Source: an uncultured Christensenella sp. (GTDB lineage Bacteria > Bacillota > Clostridia > Christensenellales > UBA1242). Taken from it: 64,000 nucleotides of DNA. Position numbers and translations under genes: made by a program. The stretch is taken from the NCBI GenBank assembly GCA_949296965.1, contig CASFQL010000012.1:36259-100258 (forward strand), written 5' to 3'. Positions 1 to 8,943 of the stretch are shown here, one piece after another. Numbering within the stretch: position 1 is the stretch's first letter; each line of letters begins with the position of its first letter. Below the pieces are notes generated by a model. It saw only the letters and a program-made list of their open reading frames with translations, was not told where the DNA came from and ran no database searches.

Positions 1-327
1 AATGATATTTACTACATAAATTGATGCACCATCTCCACCAATTAATGTAAGTAGATTAAATGGACTTAAAATATAGTAGAGTAGATAACCAAAAGTGTTA
101 GCCCCAAGTCCGTAAGCATTTGTATAAAATAGGGGAGATTTCCCTTGAAAAAAATCAAAAATTAATTGACTTTGAGGAATTGTTTGAGAAAGCATATCAT
201 AGTGTGCAATCGTATTATCTCCAAAGGGAAAAATTTGGAATATAGCAAATAATATTGACATAATAACTAAAATGCTAAGCCCACTTATAAAATATTCTTT
301 GTTCTTATGAAAAAAGTTAGTTGTCAA
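1..327 (-). CDS. YfhO-family polytopic membrane glycosyltransferase, N-terminal part only (gene continues past the left edge)
   Basis: Not in the ORF track because it is truncated. My reverse-strand translation starts at TTG 327 (AAGGAG 10 nt upstream; alternative ATG at 261). It reads TTNFFHKNKEYFISGLSILVIMSILFAIFQIFPFGDNTIAHYDMLSQTIPQSQLIFDFFQGKSPLFYTNAYGLGANTFGYLLYYILSPFNLLTLIGG. A first TM helix followed by PFG..D...Q and G.G.N..G..YY.LSPFN is the usual YfhO N-terminal pattern. The start overlaps the stop of the upstream GT2 gene by 11 nt. Confidence 0.55.
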   Translation of the reverse strand, partial: MTTNFFHKNKEYFISGLSILVIMSILFAIFQIFPFGDNTIAHYDMLSQTIPQSQLIFDFFQGKSPLFYTNAYGLGANTFGYLLYYILSPFNLLTLIGGDGASIYVVNII

Positions 328-1246
328 AATTTACTTTCTCCTTTACAATATATAAAGGTCGATTTCTGGTTTCTTTATAGTTATAGGCAAGATACATTCC
401 CAACACCCCAAGAGAAAATAGGATAACGCCTGAAAGCCCAAACAAAACTAATAGAATTAGAAAAACATATGCTAAACTATTGTATGTAAAAATCAAAACA
501 ATAAAGGTTACTAAACTAGCAACAAATAATATAAATGATAAAATACTAAAATAAAATGGTAAGTATAATGGTCTTGTTGTAGAACTAACAATAGAACGAT
601 TTGCTATTTTAAGTAATTTTTTAAAGTTAAATTTAGTTTTACCAACCTCTCTTTTTTCTCTATCAACCTCTAAAATTTTTTTCTTAAAACCTAACCAATT
701 AACTTGAACTCTAAGTTGGATATTATTTTCTTTAAATGAACAAAATACATCTAAAACCTTTCTATCTAATAATGTGAAATTAGCAAGATTATTTATTTCC
801 TTCATTCCAAGGTGACTCATATATTTATAGTATAACCAAGCAGTAAATTTTTTTATAAAACTATCCTTTCGTTTTTTTCTTCTAATACAAACTATATCAT
901 AACCGTTTTCCCAATTTTCAAGCATGGCAGGGATAATTTCAGGCCTTTCTTGTAAATCTATATCAAGGTAAATGGCACATCTTCCTTTTGAATGTTGCAG
1001 TCCAGCAAAAACCGCATATTCTTGTCCAAAGTTCCTTGAAAAAGATAAAAGCCTTAATTTATTGTTATTTTCGCATAATTCCTTTATTATTTTTGCCGAA
1101 TTATCAGTCGAACCATCGTCAACAAAGATAATTTCATATGAATATTTTGTTTGGTCTAAAATATTGCAAATTCTTTCTTTTGCAATAATAATCGAGTCTT
1201 CTTCGTTTAATAATGGGAAAACTATTGATATATCAATTTTGCTCAT
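317..1246 (-). CDS. GT2-family polyprenol-phosphate glycosyltransferase (CsbB/GtrB/ArnC-like)
   Basis: 309-aa ORF. It has a GT-A N-terminus (ISIVFPLLNEE), DxD-type motifs (FVDDGSTDNS, DIDLQ) and two C-terminal TM helices (SILSFILFVASLVTFIVLIF, LILLVLFGLSGVILFSLGVLGMYL). This is the GtrB/CsbB architecture. It is translationally coupled to the YfhO-like gene. Confidence 0.8.
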   Translation of the reverse strand: MSKIDISIVFPLLNEEDSIIIAKERICNILDQTKYSYEIIFVDDGSTDNSAKIIKELCENNNKLRLLSFSRNFGQEYAVFAGLQHSKGRCAIYLDIDLQERPEIIPAMLENWENGYDIVCIRRKKRKDSFIKKFTAWLYYKYMSHLGMKEINNLANFTLLDRKVLDVFCSFKENNIQLRVQVNWLGFKKKILEVDREKREVGKTKFNFKKLLKIANRSIVSSTTRPLYLPFYFSILSFILFVASLVTFIVLIFTYNSLAYVFLILLVLFGLSGVILFSLGVLGMYLAYNYKETRNRPLYIVKEKVNFDN

Positions 1247-1293
1247 ACTCTAAATAAACTCCATTTTTTATAGTATAAAAAATTTGTTTTTAT

Positions 1294-1319
1294 TTGTCAA
1301 ATGAAATACTATTTGACAA
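1294..1319. promoter_or_regulatory. Inverted repeat TTGTCAAAT-N8-ATTTGACAA in the divergent GT2/MarR intergenic region; candidate MarR operator overlapping a TTGACA -35 hexamer
   Basis: Perfect 9-bp arms at 1294-1302 and 1311-1319. TTGACA sits at 1313-1318, about 45 nt upstream of the MarR start. The -10 element is not clear. Confidence 0.45.
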
Positions 1320-1362
1320 TATTAAAAATTAATCTTATTTTTAAATAAGGAGATGATTAAGC

Positions 1363-1809
1363 ATGGATTTTACAAGTCAAATGTTAAATGAAGTTTTAGT
1401 TAAACTTTTTAATTCTATTTTGTTTAATGAAGAAGAATATTTGAAGAAAAATTTAAAAGATAACAACATCACTCTTAGGGGTGTTCATATTTTAGAAGCA
1501 GTTCAAAAATGTAAACAAAATGAAAATAATACAATGGGGAAGATTTCAAAAGATATTGGAGTTACTGCTGGAACTTTTACAACGCTACTAAAAAACCTTG
1601 AATTAAATGGATACATAATTAGAAACAGGTCGGAAGACGACAAGAGAAAAACTTTTATAAATATTACTAGTAAAGCAAAAGATGTTTTAAAAGTTCATAG
1701 TCAATATCACGCTAAAATGATAAATATGATAACGACAAATTTAAGTAAAAAAGAAGAAATGGCACTCATTGATCTTTTGTCAAAAATAAAATATTTTTTT
1801 ACAATGTAA
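1363..1809 (+). CDS. MarR-family transcriptional regulator
   Basis: 148 aa. Winged-HTH region ITLRGVHILEAV...MGKISKDIGVTAGTFTTLLKNLELNGYIIRNRSEDDKRKTFINITSKAKDV. AAGGAG lies upstream of the ATG. Confidence 0.8.
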   Translation: MDFTSQMLNEVLVKLFNSILFNEEEYLKKNLKDNNITLRGVHILEAVQKCKQNENNTMGKISKDIGVTAGTFTTLLKNLELNGYIIRNRSEDDKRKTFINITSKAKDVLKVHSQYHAKMINMITTNLSKKEEMALIDLLSKIKYFFTM

Positions 1810-1874
1810 AATTAGTTTGACATTCAAACTAATTTATGTTAAAACACTTTCGTATTAAATTTTGGGAGTTAAAT

Positions 1875-2747
1875 ATGAAAGTTGCAATTGTTACAGATAG
1901 TAATAGCGGAATAACACAAGAAGAAGCAAAAAAACTTGGGATAACGGTCATTCCAATGCCATTTTTAATTGATGGGGAAGAATATTTTGAAGAAATTAAT
2001 TTGTCACAGGAAGAATTTTATAAGAAGTTGTTAGCAGGTGCTGATGTTTCTACTAGTCAACCAAGTATTAATAATATTGTTGAGATATGGAAAGATTTGC
2101 TTAATAATTATGATGAGATTGTTCACATTCCTATGAGTAGTGCTCTTTCCGCTAGTTGCGAAACTGCTACAAATTTTGCAAAAGAGTTTAATGGTAGGGT
2201 TGTGGTTGTAGATAATAAGAGAATTTCTATAACGATGAAACAATCGGTTTATGATGCTCTAAAACTTGCAAACCAAGGAAAAAGTGCTAGTGAAATAAAA
2301 GATTATCTTTTAAAATCTTCTATGAATGCTAGTATTTACATTATGTTATCTACTTTGAAATATTTGAAGAAAGGTGGAAGGATTACACCGGCTGCTGCCG
2401 CTATTGGAACACTACTTAAAATAAAACCTGTTCTTCAAATTCAAGGGGAAAAGTTAGATAAGTTTTGTCAAGTTTTGACTGAAGGTCAAGGAAAGAAAAA
2501 AATGATTGACCAGATATTAAATGATATTGAAAAAAGATTTAAAACACAACTTGAAAACGGAACACTTAAAATTCAAATGGCATATACTTTAGATATAGAT
2601 AAGTGCATCAAATTTCAACAAGAGGCGGAGGAGGCTTTAAAGAAATATAACTTAAAAGTCGATAAAGTAGACCCACTCAGTCTTTCAGTTTCTTGTCATA
2701 TTGGAAATGGTGCAATTGCTATAGCGTGTTGTGAATATTTAAAATAA
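1875..2747 (+). CDS. DegV-family fatty-acid-binding protein (FakB-like)
   Basis: The ORF track opens at 1836. The ATG at 1875 (MKVAIVTDSNSGI) follows TGGGAG and matches the canonical DegV N-terminus. The LKYLKKGGRI motif is present. Confidence 0.85.
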   Translation: MKVAIVTDSNSGITQEEAKKLGITVIPMPFLIDGEEYFEEINLSQEEFYKKLLAGADVSTSQPSINNIVEIWKDLLNNYDEIVHIPMSSALSASCETATNFAKEFNGRVVVVDNKRISITMKQSVYDALKLANQGKSASEIKDYLLKSSMNASIYIMLSTLKYLKKGGRITPAAAAIGTLLKIKPVLQIQGEKLDKFCQVLTEGQGKKKMIDQILNDIEKRFKTQLENGTLKIQMAYTLDIDKCIKFQQEAEEALKKYNLKVDKVDPLSLSVSCHIGNGAIAIACCEYLK

Positions 2748-2765
2748 TTGAATATTTTATAATAA

Positions 2766-2800
2766 AAAAAGGCTTTTTATAATAGAAGCCTTTTTGTTTT
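2766..2800. terminator. Bidirectional rho-independent terminator between convergent DegV and ABC-2 permease genes
   Basis: AAAAAGGCTT (2766-2775) pairs with AAGCCTTTTT (2786-2795) around a 10-nt loop. An A-run lies 5' and a T-run 3'. Confidence 0.7.
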
Positions 2801-2864
2801 ATTAAAATAAATTAACTAAAAATTTTAAAAATATATTTACTGTATTTCTTTATTTTTATTATGT

Positions 2865-4406
2865 TTATAATTTTTTAAATAGTTTAACTCCTTTTGTAAA
2901 CAATAGAATTGTGAAAATTATTAAAAGTAAAACAACACTTGATATTGATATTAAGTAGATTGTAAGTGGTGTTAGTTTTGTTAAGTAAAATAATGCTAAT
3001 GGAAGCATAGCAACTATAAAACCAAAAATCATACTTGTAAAGACTGCCATACTTTGTTTAACAACTTTCATTTCATTATCAAATTCAAGCAATGGTAAAC
3101 ACAAATTAAAAAATAAACCAACAACTGCTACTAAAAAATTAAATAGAAAAGGTAGCGAAAATACTATCATAAATTGTGTAAAGTTATAGCCGTCAATTAT
3201 AATGAAAGTTAAACAACTTATGACAAGCGCAGGTAAAGTTACTGTTAGGTGGGTTAAAATCTTTGCTAAGAAAATAGTTTTTTCTTTAATAGGACTTGTT
3301 TTTAATATCCATAAATTTTTCCCCTCAAGTGAGATTGAACTTGCAGAAATTAGAGTTGTCGCAAGAAGCAAAATAATAATGACGCTTAAAAAACCAGCAA
3401 TTAAGTCTTTTGAAGTTTCCATTGAATTTTCAAGTCCAAAGAAACCTTGTAAAAAAGGAAGCAATAATATCATTACAGGCCCTATAATTGTATTTATAAG
3501 ATAACTTGGAGTGGAAAAGTAATTTGAAATTTCTTTTTTGTATAGTATAAAAAAAGGAGAATAATTTTGCTTAAATGTTAATTCTTTTTTTGAAGATTTT
3601 GTATAAGTGTAACTTTTCCCAAAAGAAAAGGTATATAATGACCAAGCACACAACAACAAAATAAAGGAAGTAAGAGTGAAAATTAATATATTTATTAAAT
3701 TTGGGTTAGTGATAAAATTCAATAAAAAATTTGTTATTGGGCGTGAAGAATAAAAACTCTCAATGTTATTGTTTAATAAATAGTCTAAGTATGAAGTATT
3801 TGAAAAAATAAACACCATTATTAAAGCAAATAAAACTAGATAGAATAACGACGAAAACAATTTACCTAATTTAAATTTTGAAAATAAAATGTTTGATATA
3901 AAATTTAAAATGTAAGTAATTGAGTCTGCAATTATTGAAACAAGAATTACAAAGGCAATGCTTGAAAAAAGTATTGTAGCTGAAAATTGAAATTTGACAA
4001 AGTATATAACTATACAAGGGAAATATATTACAAGTATAAATAACAAATCATATATTAAATTTGTTAAAATTTTTGAAATTACAATTGTTTGTTTCTTAAT
4101 TGGTAGAGATAAGAGAAAATCACTATCATTTGTTTTTGAAAGTAAACTCATACGAAGTAGTGACAAGCATAGAGCAATTAAAATTGCATTTGATATAGCA
4201 TTAAAAATTGTAAGTTCGGGGTGTCCATAACCTATAAATAAATCAAAAGTTGATAATGTTTGATAAGCATAAACACCAACAATTAAGCAAACGCCTAAAA
4301 GTAAAAATAAAATCGCAGATAAAGTTGACCTTTTACCATTTTTACCTCTTAGGCTACCTAAACTCACTAGAATATTATTTTTTAATAGAAGAAGTAAATT
4401 ATTCAT
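2865..4406 (-). CDS. ABC-2-type exporter permease (large polytopic membrane protein)
   Basis: Highly hydrophobic ORF with 12 or more predicted helices by eye. The likely start is ATG 4406 (MNNLLLLLKNN), which overlaps the ATPase stop in an ATGAATAA junction. The ORF-track start at 4433 lies inside the ATPase gene. Confidence 0.7.
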   Translation of the reverse strand: MNNLLLLLKNNILVSLGSLRGKNGKRSTLSAILFLLLGVCLIVGVYAYQTLSTFDLFIGYGHPELTIFNAISNAILIALCLSLLRMSLLSKTNDSDFLLSLPIKKQTIVISKILTNLIYDLLFILVIYFPCIVIYFVKFQFSATILFSSIAFVILVSIIADSITYILNFISNILFSKFKLGKLFSSLFYLVLFALIMVFIFSNTSYLDYLLNNNIESFYSSRPITNFLLNFITNPNLINILIFTLTSFILLLCAWSLYTFSFGKSYTYTKSSKKELTFKQNYSPFFILYKKEISNYFSTPSYLINTIIGPVMILLLPFLQGFFGLENSMETSKDLIAGFLSVIIILLLATTLISASSISLEGKNLWILKTSPIKEKTIFLAKILTHLTVTLPALVISCLTFIIIDGYNFTQFMIVFSLPFLFNFLVAVVGLFFNLCLPLLEFDNEMKVVKQSMAVFTSMIFGFIVAMLPLALFYLTKLTPLTIYLISISSVVLLLIIFTILLFTKGVKLFKKL

Positions 4407-5109
4407 TTTCAATCTCCAAGAAAACATTTTCAAGGGAAGTATCTTTCTTAATGTCTTTCATATCGCCAGAAGCAATAATTTCACTGTTTTTTATAATGGC
4501 GACCTTATTACAAAGTTTCTCGGCAACTTCAAGCACATGAGTTGAAAAAAATATTGCACCACCAGATTTTACAAACTCTTTCATCATCTCTTTTACAATA
4601 AAACTTGCTTTTGGGTCTAGTCCAACAAAAGGTTCGTCCATAACAATTAGTTTAGGGCTATGAATAAATGCTCCAATTAAAACAAGTTTTTGTTTCATTC
4701 CGTGAGAATATGTCGAAATTAAGTTGTTTAAGTCATTAATTAATTCAAGTTGGGTAGCATATTGTAAAATCAATTTTTGCCTAATAGGTGTATTGACTTT
4801 GAATATATCGCCTATTAAATTTAAGTATTGAATTCCCGTTAAAGAAGTGTAAATTTCTGGGTTATCAGGTATATATGAAATAATTTTTTTACATTCCAAA
4901 GGTTTTTCTTTTACAGAAATGCCATTTATAAAAATTTCTCCACTAGTTATGTCATTTATGCCAACTATACTCTTTATTGTTGTGGTTTTACCAGCCCCAT
5001 TATGTCCAATAAAGGCAAAAATATCACCGCTTTCAACTTTTAAATTAATATTTTTTGCTCCATATTTTCCATTTGAGTATTTTTTTGTGTAATTAATAAG
5101 TTCTAACAT
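4399..5109 (-). CDS. ABC transporter ATP-binding protein
   Basis: 236 aa. Walker A GHNGAGKTT, signature YSHGMKQK, Walker B LIVMDEPFVGLD. Confidence 0.9.
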   Translation of the reverse strand: MLELINYTKKYSNGKYGAKNINLKVESGDIFAFIGHNGAGKTTTIKSIVGINDITSGEIFINGISVKEKPLECKKIISYIPDNPEIYTSLTGIQYLNLIGDIFKVNTPIRQKLILQYATQLELINDLNNLISTYSHGMKQKLVLIGAFIHSPKLIVMDEPFVGLDPKASFIVKEMMKEFVKSGGAIFFSTHVLEVAEKLCNKVAIIKNSEIIASGDMKDIKKDTSLENVFLEIENE

Positions 5110-5268
5110 ATTTATTTCCTTTGTAATATTATATATTATAAAAATTAAAAGGTCAAATTCTTAATATTTTGTGAAATTATATATGTATAATGCTCAAAAA
5201 AACTTTTGGCTATTGAAATATTTTTTATTTGTGCTAAAATTAAAATAATAAATATGTTGAGGTGTAAA

Positions 5269-5610
5269 GTGGTTGTAAAATTAATTGATAATGACGAAAT
5301 AAATTTCAAAAATGTAATAAAAATTATTAAAGATGATTTAAAAGAAAAAAATCCTAATTGTAATATCTTTTTGCAAAAATCATATGGAGATAGGTTAGGA
5401 GCAAAAGTTGTGGTTTATCCACTGCAAATTTTTAATCTAAAAAAAGAATTTTTAGTTTTAGTTAAAATAAAAAAATTTGAAGACGGCAAGTGGGTGCTTG
5501 AAGACAAAATTTCATATGGTTTTGTTCCTGTTTTAAATAGGGAAATATCATTTAAAAATTTTTTCAATGGAGTTTCAGAGGAAACTATAAGTGAATTTGA
5601 AAAAAAATAA
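5269..5610 (+). CDS. Hypothetical small cytoplasmic protein
   Basis: ORF 5206-5610. GAGGTG followed by GTG at 5269 is the best start. No signal peptide, TM helix or recognisable motif. Confidence 0.5.
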   Translation: MVVKLIDNDEINFKNVIKIIKDDLKEKNPNCNIFLQKSYGDRLGAKVVVYPLQIFNLKKEFLVLVKIKKFEDGKWVLEDKISYGFVPVLNREISFKNFFNGVSEETISEFEKK

Positions 5611-5775
5611 TAGCGAGTATATAGATGATATTTTTGATAGAGAAAAACAATAAAAAAACAAAAAAATTAACTAATTTATTTATTTTTTTGTGTAAATTAT
5701 CTAAAAATTAATGTTAATATTGAAAAAAAAATTACAAGTGCTATAATATCATCAAATAAAGGTGAGGTGTTTAAT

Positions 5776-6171
5776 ATGAAATATATAAAAAGAGTTATTG
5801 ATCTTCCAAAAAAATTAGATGAAACTATGAGAGATAGTTATGATGGGAAGAAAGTTCAAAGGTCTAAAATTACTCCTTCTAGTATCGAATGTGGACAAGA
5901 GAGAAGCGAAGTAGTATTGTATAATTTAAAATATACTATTGACACTTGCGATGGAGTTTTTGTTGGAGTAAATGAAAAAGTTTACAAAAATTCAAGTTTA
6001 ATTGCTGATATCATTTCTATCTATGCTTTTTCTAATGATGGTGAAAGTCAATGTCTTGCTAGATTTAAAAATAAGGATTATTCGAGTTTTCAAATAAAAA
6101 ATTATTTGAATATTTTTGCTAAAAATGGCTTTCCAAAGAAAGTTTATGAAGACAAAGAACAGACTATGTAG
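5776..6171 (+). CDS. Hypothetical small protein, paralogue of the next gene
   Basis: AGGTGAGG lies upstream of ATG 5776 (MKYIKRV). The C-terminal stretch IYAFSNDGESQCLARF...IKNYLNIFAKNG resembles FYGFTKNGEANFFGEI...LSNYINQIAKSC in the next ORF. Confidence 0.55.
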   Translation: MKYIKRVIDLPKKLDETMRDSYDGKKVQRSKITPSSIECGQERSEVVLYNLKYTIDTCDGVFVGVNEKVYKNSSLIADIISIYAFSNDGESQCLARFKNKDYSSFQIKNYLNIFAKNGFPKKVYEDKEQTM

Positions 6172-6205
6172 TTTAAAAAATATTATTAAATGGGGGAATA
6201 TAAAA

Positions 6206-6580
6206 ATGAAAAATAAAAGTTTTTTACAAGAAGAATTAGAGAAAATGTTTAAATCTCGTTACAAACTTAGAATCATTAACAAAAAAAATTTTTGCAATAA
6301 AGATGAAGAAATAGGAATTACTTATTCACCTGTTGCAATTGAAAAAATTAATGATAATTATTATGTTGCTGTTTTAGTTAACGATTACTCAGAAGAAAGA
6401 ATTAATAAAAGAAGATTTTTTGAATTCTATGGTTTTACAAAAAATGGTGAGGCAAATTTCTTCGGTGAGATTTGTGATAATAATTTAACAAAAAATGATT
6501 TATCAAATTACATAAATCAAATTGCTAAAAGTTGTGAGAATATTCAAAGTGAAGAAATTGAACTTGCTTTCTCAATGTAG
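6206..6580 (+). CDS. Hypothetical small protein, paralogue of the preceding gene
   Basis: GGGGG lies upstream of ATG 6206 (MKNKSFLQEE). The ORF-track start at 6116 overlaps the previous gene. The shared C-terminal pattern is described under 5776-6171. Confidence 0.55.
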   Translation: MKNKSFLQEELEKMFKSRYKLRIINKKNFCNKDEEIGITYSPVAIEKINDNYYVAVLVNDYSEERINKRRFFEFYGFTKNGEANFFGEICDNNLTKNDLSNYINQIAKSCENIQSEEIELAFSM

Positions 6581-6586
6581 TTAATT

Positions 6587-6667
6587 AACTTGTTTAGATA
6601 ATTAGTATAACAATTCATTAAATTTAATTTTTTAAAAAGTTTACTAAGTCTAAACAAGTTTTTTTAT
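6587..6667 (+). terminator. Long hairpin followed by a T-run, downstream of the small-gene trio
   Basis: AACTTGTTTAGA (6587-6598) pairs with TCTAAACAAGTT (6649-6660). Inner pairing TTAGTA/TACTAA extends the stem. TTTTTTATTT follows. Confidence 0.5.
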
Positions 6668-6763
6668 TTATAATATCTTATTGATTGATAAAAATAAGTA
6701 GATTAAAAGATTAAATATGATATTTTATTAGTGGTAGGAAAAAATAGGGACAAGTCTTGTTAA

Positions 6764-6907
6764 TTACGAACATTGTTTAACTCGTTTGGTCTTCTTCGTG
6801 GCGGTCGTGTAGGAAATAGTGATGAAGCCGGGGCTTTTGATTACTACATCAGTAACACTCTTTCTACACCAAGTGTTAATCTCGGGTTTCGCCTTTCCCT
6901 TACTTAG
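6764..6907 (+). pseudogene. Orphan C-terminal gene fragment with an RGG...GFRL (FGE-sulfatase / SUMF1-EgtB-PvdO-like) ending; locally GC-rich
   Basis: The frame between TAA 6761 and TAG 6905 reads LRTLFNSFGLLRGGRVGNSDEAGAFDYYISNTLSTPSVNLGFRLSLT. There is no ATG or RBS. The RGG to GFR spacing resembles the C-terminus of FGE-type domains. G+C is visibly higher than in the flanks. Confidence 0.3.
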
Positions 6908-7371
6908 CAATTAAAATTTAATTGAATTAATGATTTGTTCCTTAGCGTGTCTAAAAATTTATCGTTTGCCGTCGATTTAGTAAATAATTGAGAGACCGAC
7001 AAATATTGTAAGGGAAAAATGTTTCGTTATTTTAATAAAAAAAATTATTTTAGTTAAGAATAGAATAATTTAAAAAAACAAAAAAACTTTATCTTATTTG
7101 ATAAAAGTTTTTTTTAATTATTAATATTTTCAACTAACTTTATTTTTTTTATAAGTTAAGGAATAAATGTAAAATAAATTTAAGTTTTATAATTATCTTT
7201 ATGTAAAATAACTTAAAGATTATTTTTGTTTTTTTAATCTTTATAAATAAGGGGAAGTTTTTAATAATTTTTTTTAAAATAACTCTTGTAAAAATGCTTA
7301 TAAAATTGTTAACAAATAAGTAATTAAAAGTTATTTTTTTCTTTTATATTAAAACTTTTGCTCTTATAATT

Positions 7372-8400
7372 TTAGCCACCATATTTTGCTATAATATATA
7401 TAATCGTTCCAACAATTCCTAAGATAAGAAGTGTTGTGCCTAAAATTTTCCAAAATGATTTTGGGGCTTTACCACAAACTTTTCCATTTTCACCATTTAT
7501 GAAGTAAGAATACTCTTTTGATTTGTATTTATACCTACCTTTCCAAATTGGGAGATAAACATATGCGTATTTTATGTCTGAAAATGTTGTTGATGCTGAA
7601 AAGTTTTCAATGTTATCATATGGAAGACTCATTCTAATATCTTGTGCAACTTTTATTTCAATAGTTTTTTTCATTTTAGGGACATTTGTTTGTATTAGGT
7701 CGGTTACACTTTCTCCTAGCCAGCCATATAAATATTCCATTGAATAAACTAGAATACTTTCTTTTGAATACCCACCAATACTTCTTAATTTGTCAGATGA
7801 GATTGAGTTCCCAGCACTTTCAATATAATCTTGGTATCTATCTGTCCTTGAAGAGTTGAAGAATTGTCTTGTTGTTCTAATTTCTCCATTTCTGCTTCTA
7901 TAACTTTTTATTCCAATACCAGAATATTTTGTATAACAATCAAAATCATAAAAATACGCTGGGGTATAAATTCCCGTAATACTTTCATTTCTTGCTAAAT
8001 GCTTTAAGTTATTTGGAGCAAATTTTCTTTTCTTTATCCAAGCAAGTAACCTACTAATTGCATTTTTTTTGTCAACCTTAAAAGGTATAATGCCGTCAGG
8101 CAAATATTCAATGTTGACATTTTTTGTAAGGTTTGTGCTATCACCACAAAAAGGACATCTACTTAAACTTGTATCACTTGTAGTAATATGTTTTCTTCCA
8201 CAAGTAGCACACGAAAATTGTGTGTATTTGGTTTTGCTTGTAGAAATAGTTGAAGAAGGTGTAAAAACTTTTTTTTCTAGTGTTTTGTTTTTACTCTCTA
8301 TCTCAACAAGGGAAGAACAGTGATTACATTTTAGGTCTTGTGTCTCAGCATCAAAAATTAATTCTCCGCCACAATTTTTACATTTGTTTGAAGTCGTCAT
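7372..8400 (-). CDS. Double zinc-ribbon protein with a C-terminal TM anchor (B. subtilis YdjG-like)
   Basis: 342 aa. CKNCGG...CNHC and CATCG...CPFCG ribbons. C-terminal helix ILGTTLLILGIVGTIIYIIA. It lies next to an SPFH (YdjI-like) gene. Confidence 0.6.
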   Translation of the reverse strand: MTTSNKCKNCGGELIFDAETQDLKCNHCSSLVEIESKNKTLEKKVFTPSSTISTSKTKYTQFSCATCGRKHITTSDTSLSRCPFCGDSTNLTKNVNIEYLPDGIIPFKVDKKNAISRLLAWIKKRKFAPNNLKHLARNESITGIYTPAYFYDFDCYTKYSGIGIKSYRSRNGEIRTTRQFFNSSRTDRYQDYIESAGNSISSDKLRSIGGYSKESILVYSMEYLYGWLGESVTDLIQTNVPKMKKTIEIKVAQDIRMSLPYDNIENFSASTTFSDIKYAYVYLPIWKGRYKYKSKEYSYFINGENGKVCGKAPKSFWKILGTTLLILGIVGTIIYIIAKYGG

Positions 8401-8734
8401 TTTTTCTCCTAATTTACTTTAAAAAATAATTATCTAAAAGTTATTACATATTATGTTGTCTTAGGTTAAAGATTAAATTGCACACTTTGTTAACATAGTT
8501 ATTAAACTTTGTTTATAAGATATGAAAATTATTTAAAAAAAGATAAATTTTATTAAATACATTTTTACATATTTTTAGAAATTCTTAGTGAAAGCATTTC
8601 ATAAATAAAACAACCTAAAAAACAAATGGTTATTGTTTTTAACTAAATATTTTTTCTTATTATCTAATATTATTATAAAAAGTTGTTTTATCAATAAAAT
8701 GTTATCATACAAAAATAAAAATTACAATCAATTA

Positions 8735-8771
8735 CAAAAAAAAGATATACGACAAGATATATCTTTTTTTT
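8735..8771 (-). terminator. Rho-independent terminator downstream of the SPFH gene
   Basis: AAAGATATA (8741-8749) pairs with TATATCTTT (8758-8766). It is flanked by A- and T-runs, so a T-run follows the stem on the minus strand. Confidence 0.55.
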
Positions 8772-8943
8772 AATTTACTTATATTTTTATTTTATTTTAA
8801 CTATTATTTACTTTAAAAACTTAAAAAATTAATTTAGATATACTTTAATTTTTGTAACTTGAATTTAGAAATAATAAATTGTTATTTTGCTTAAAATTAA
8901 AATAAATTTTATATTCTTAGTAAAATATAATTATAAGTAAAAA

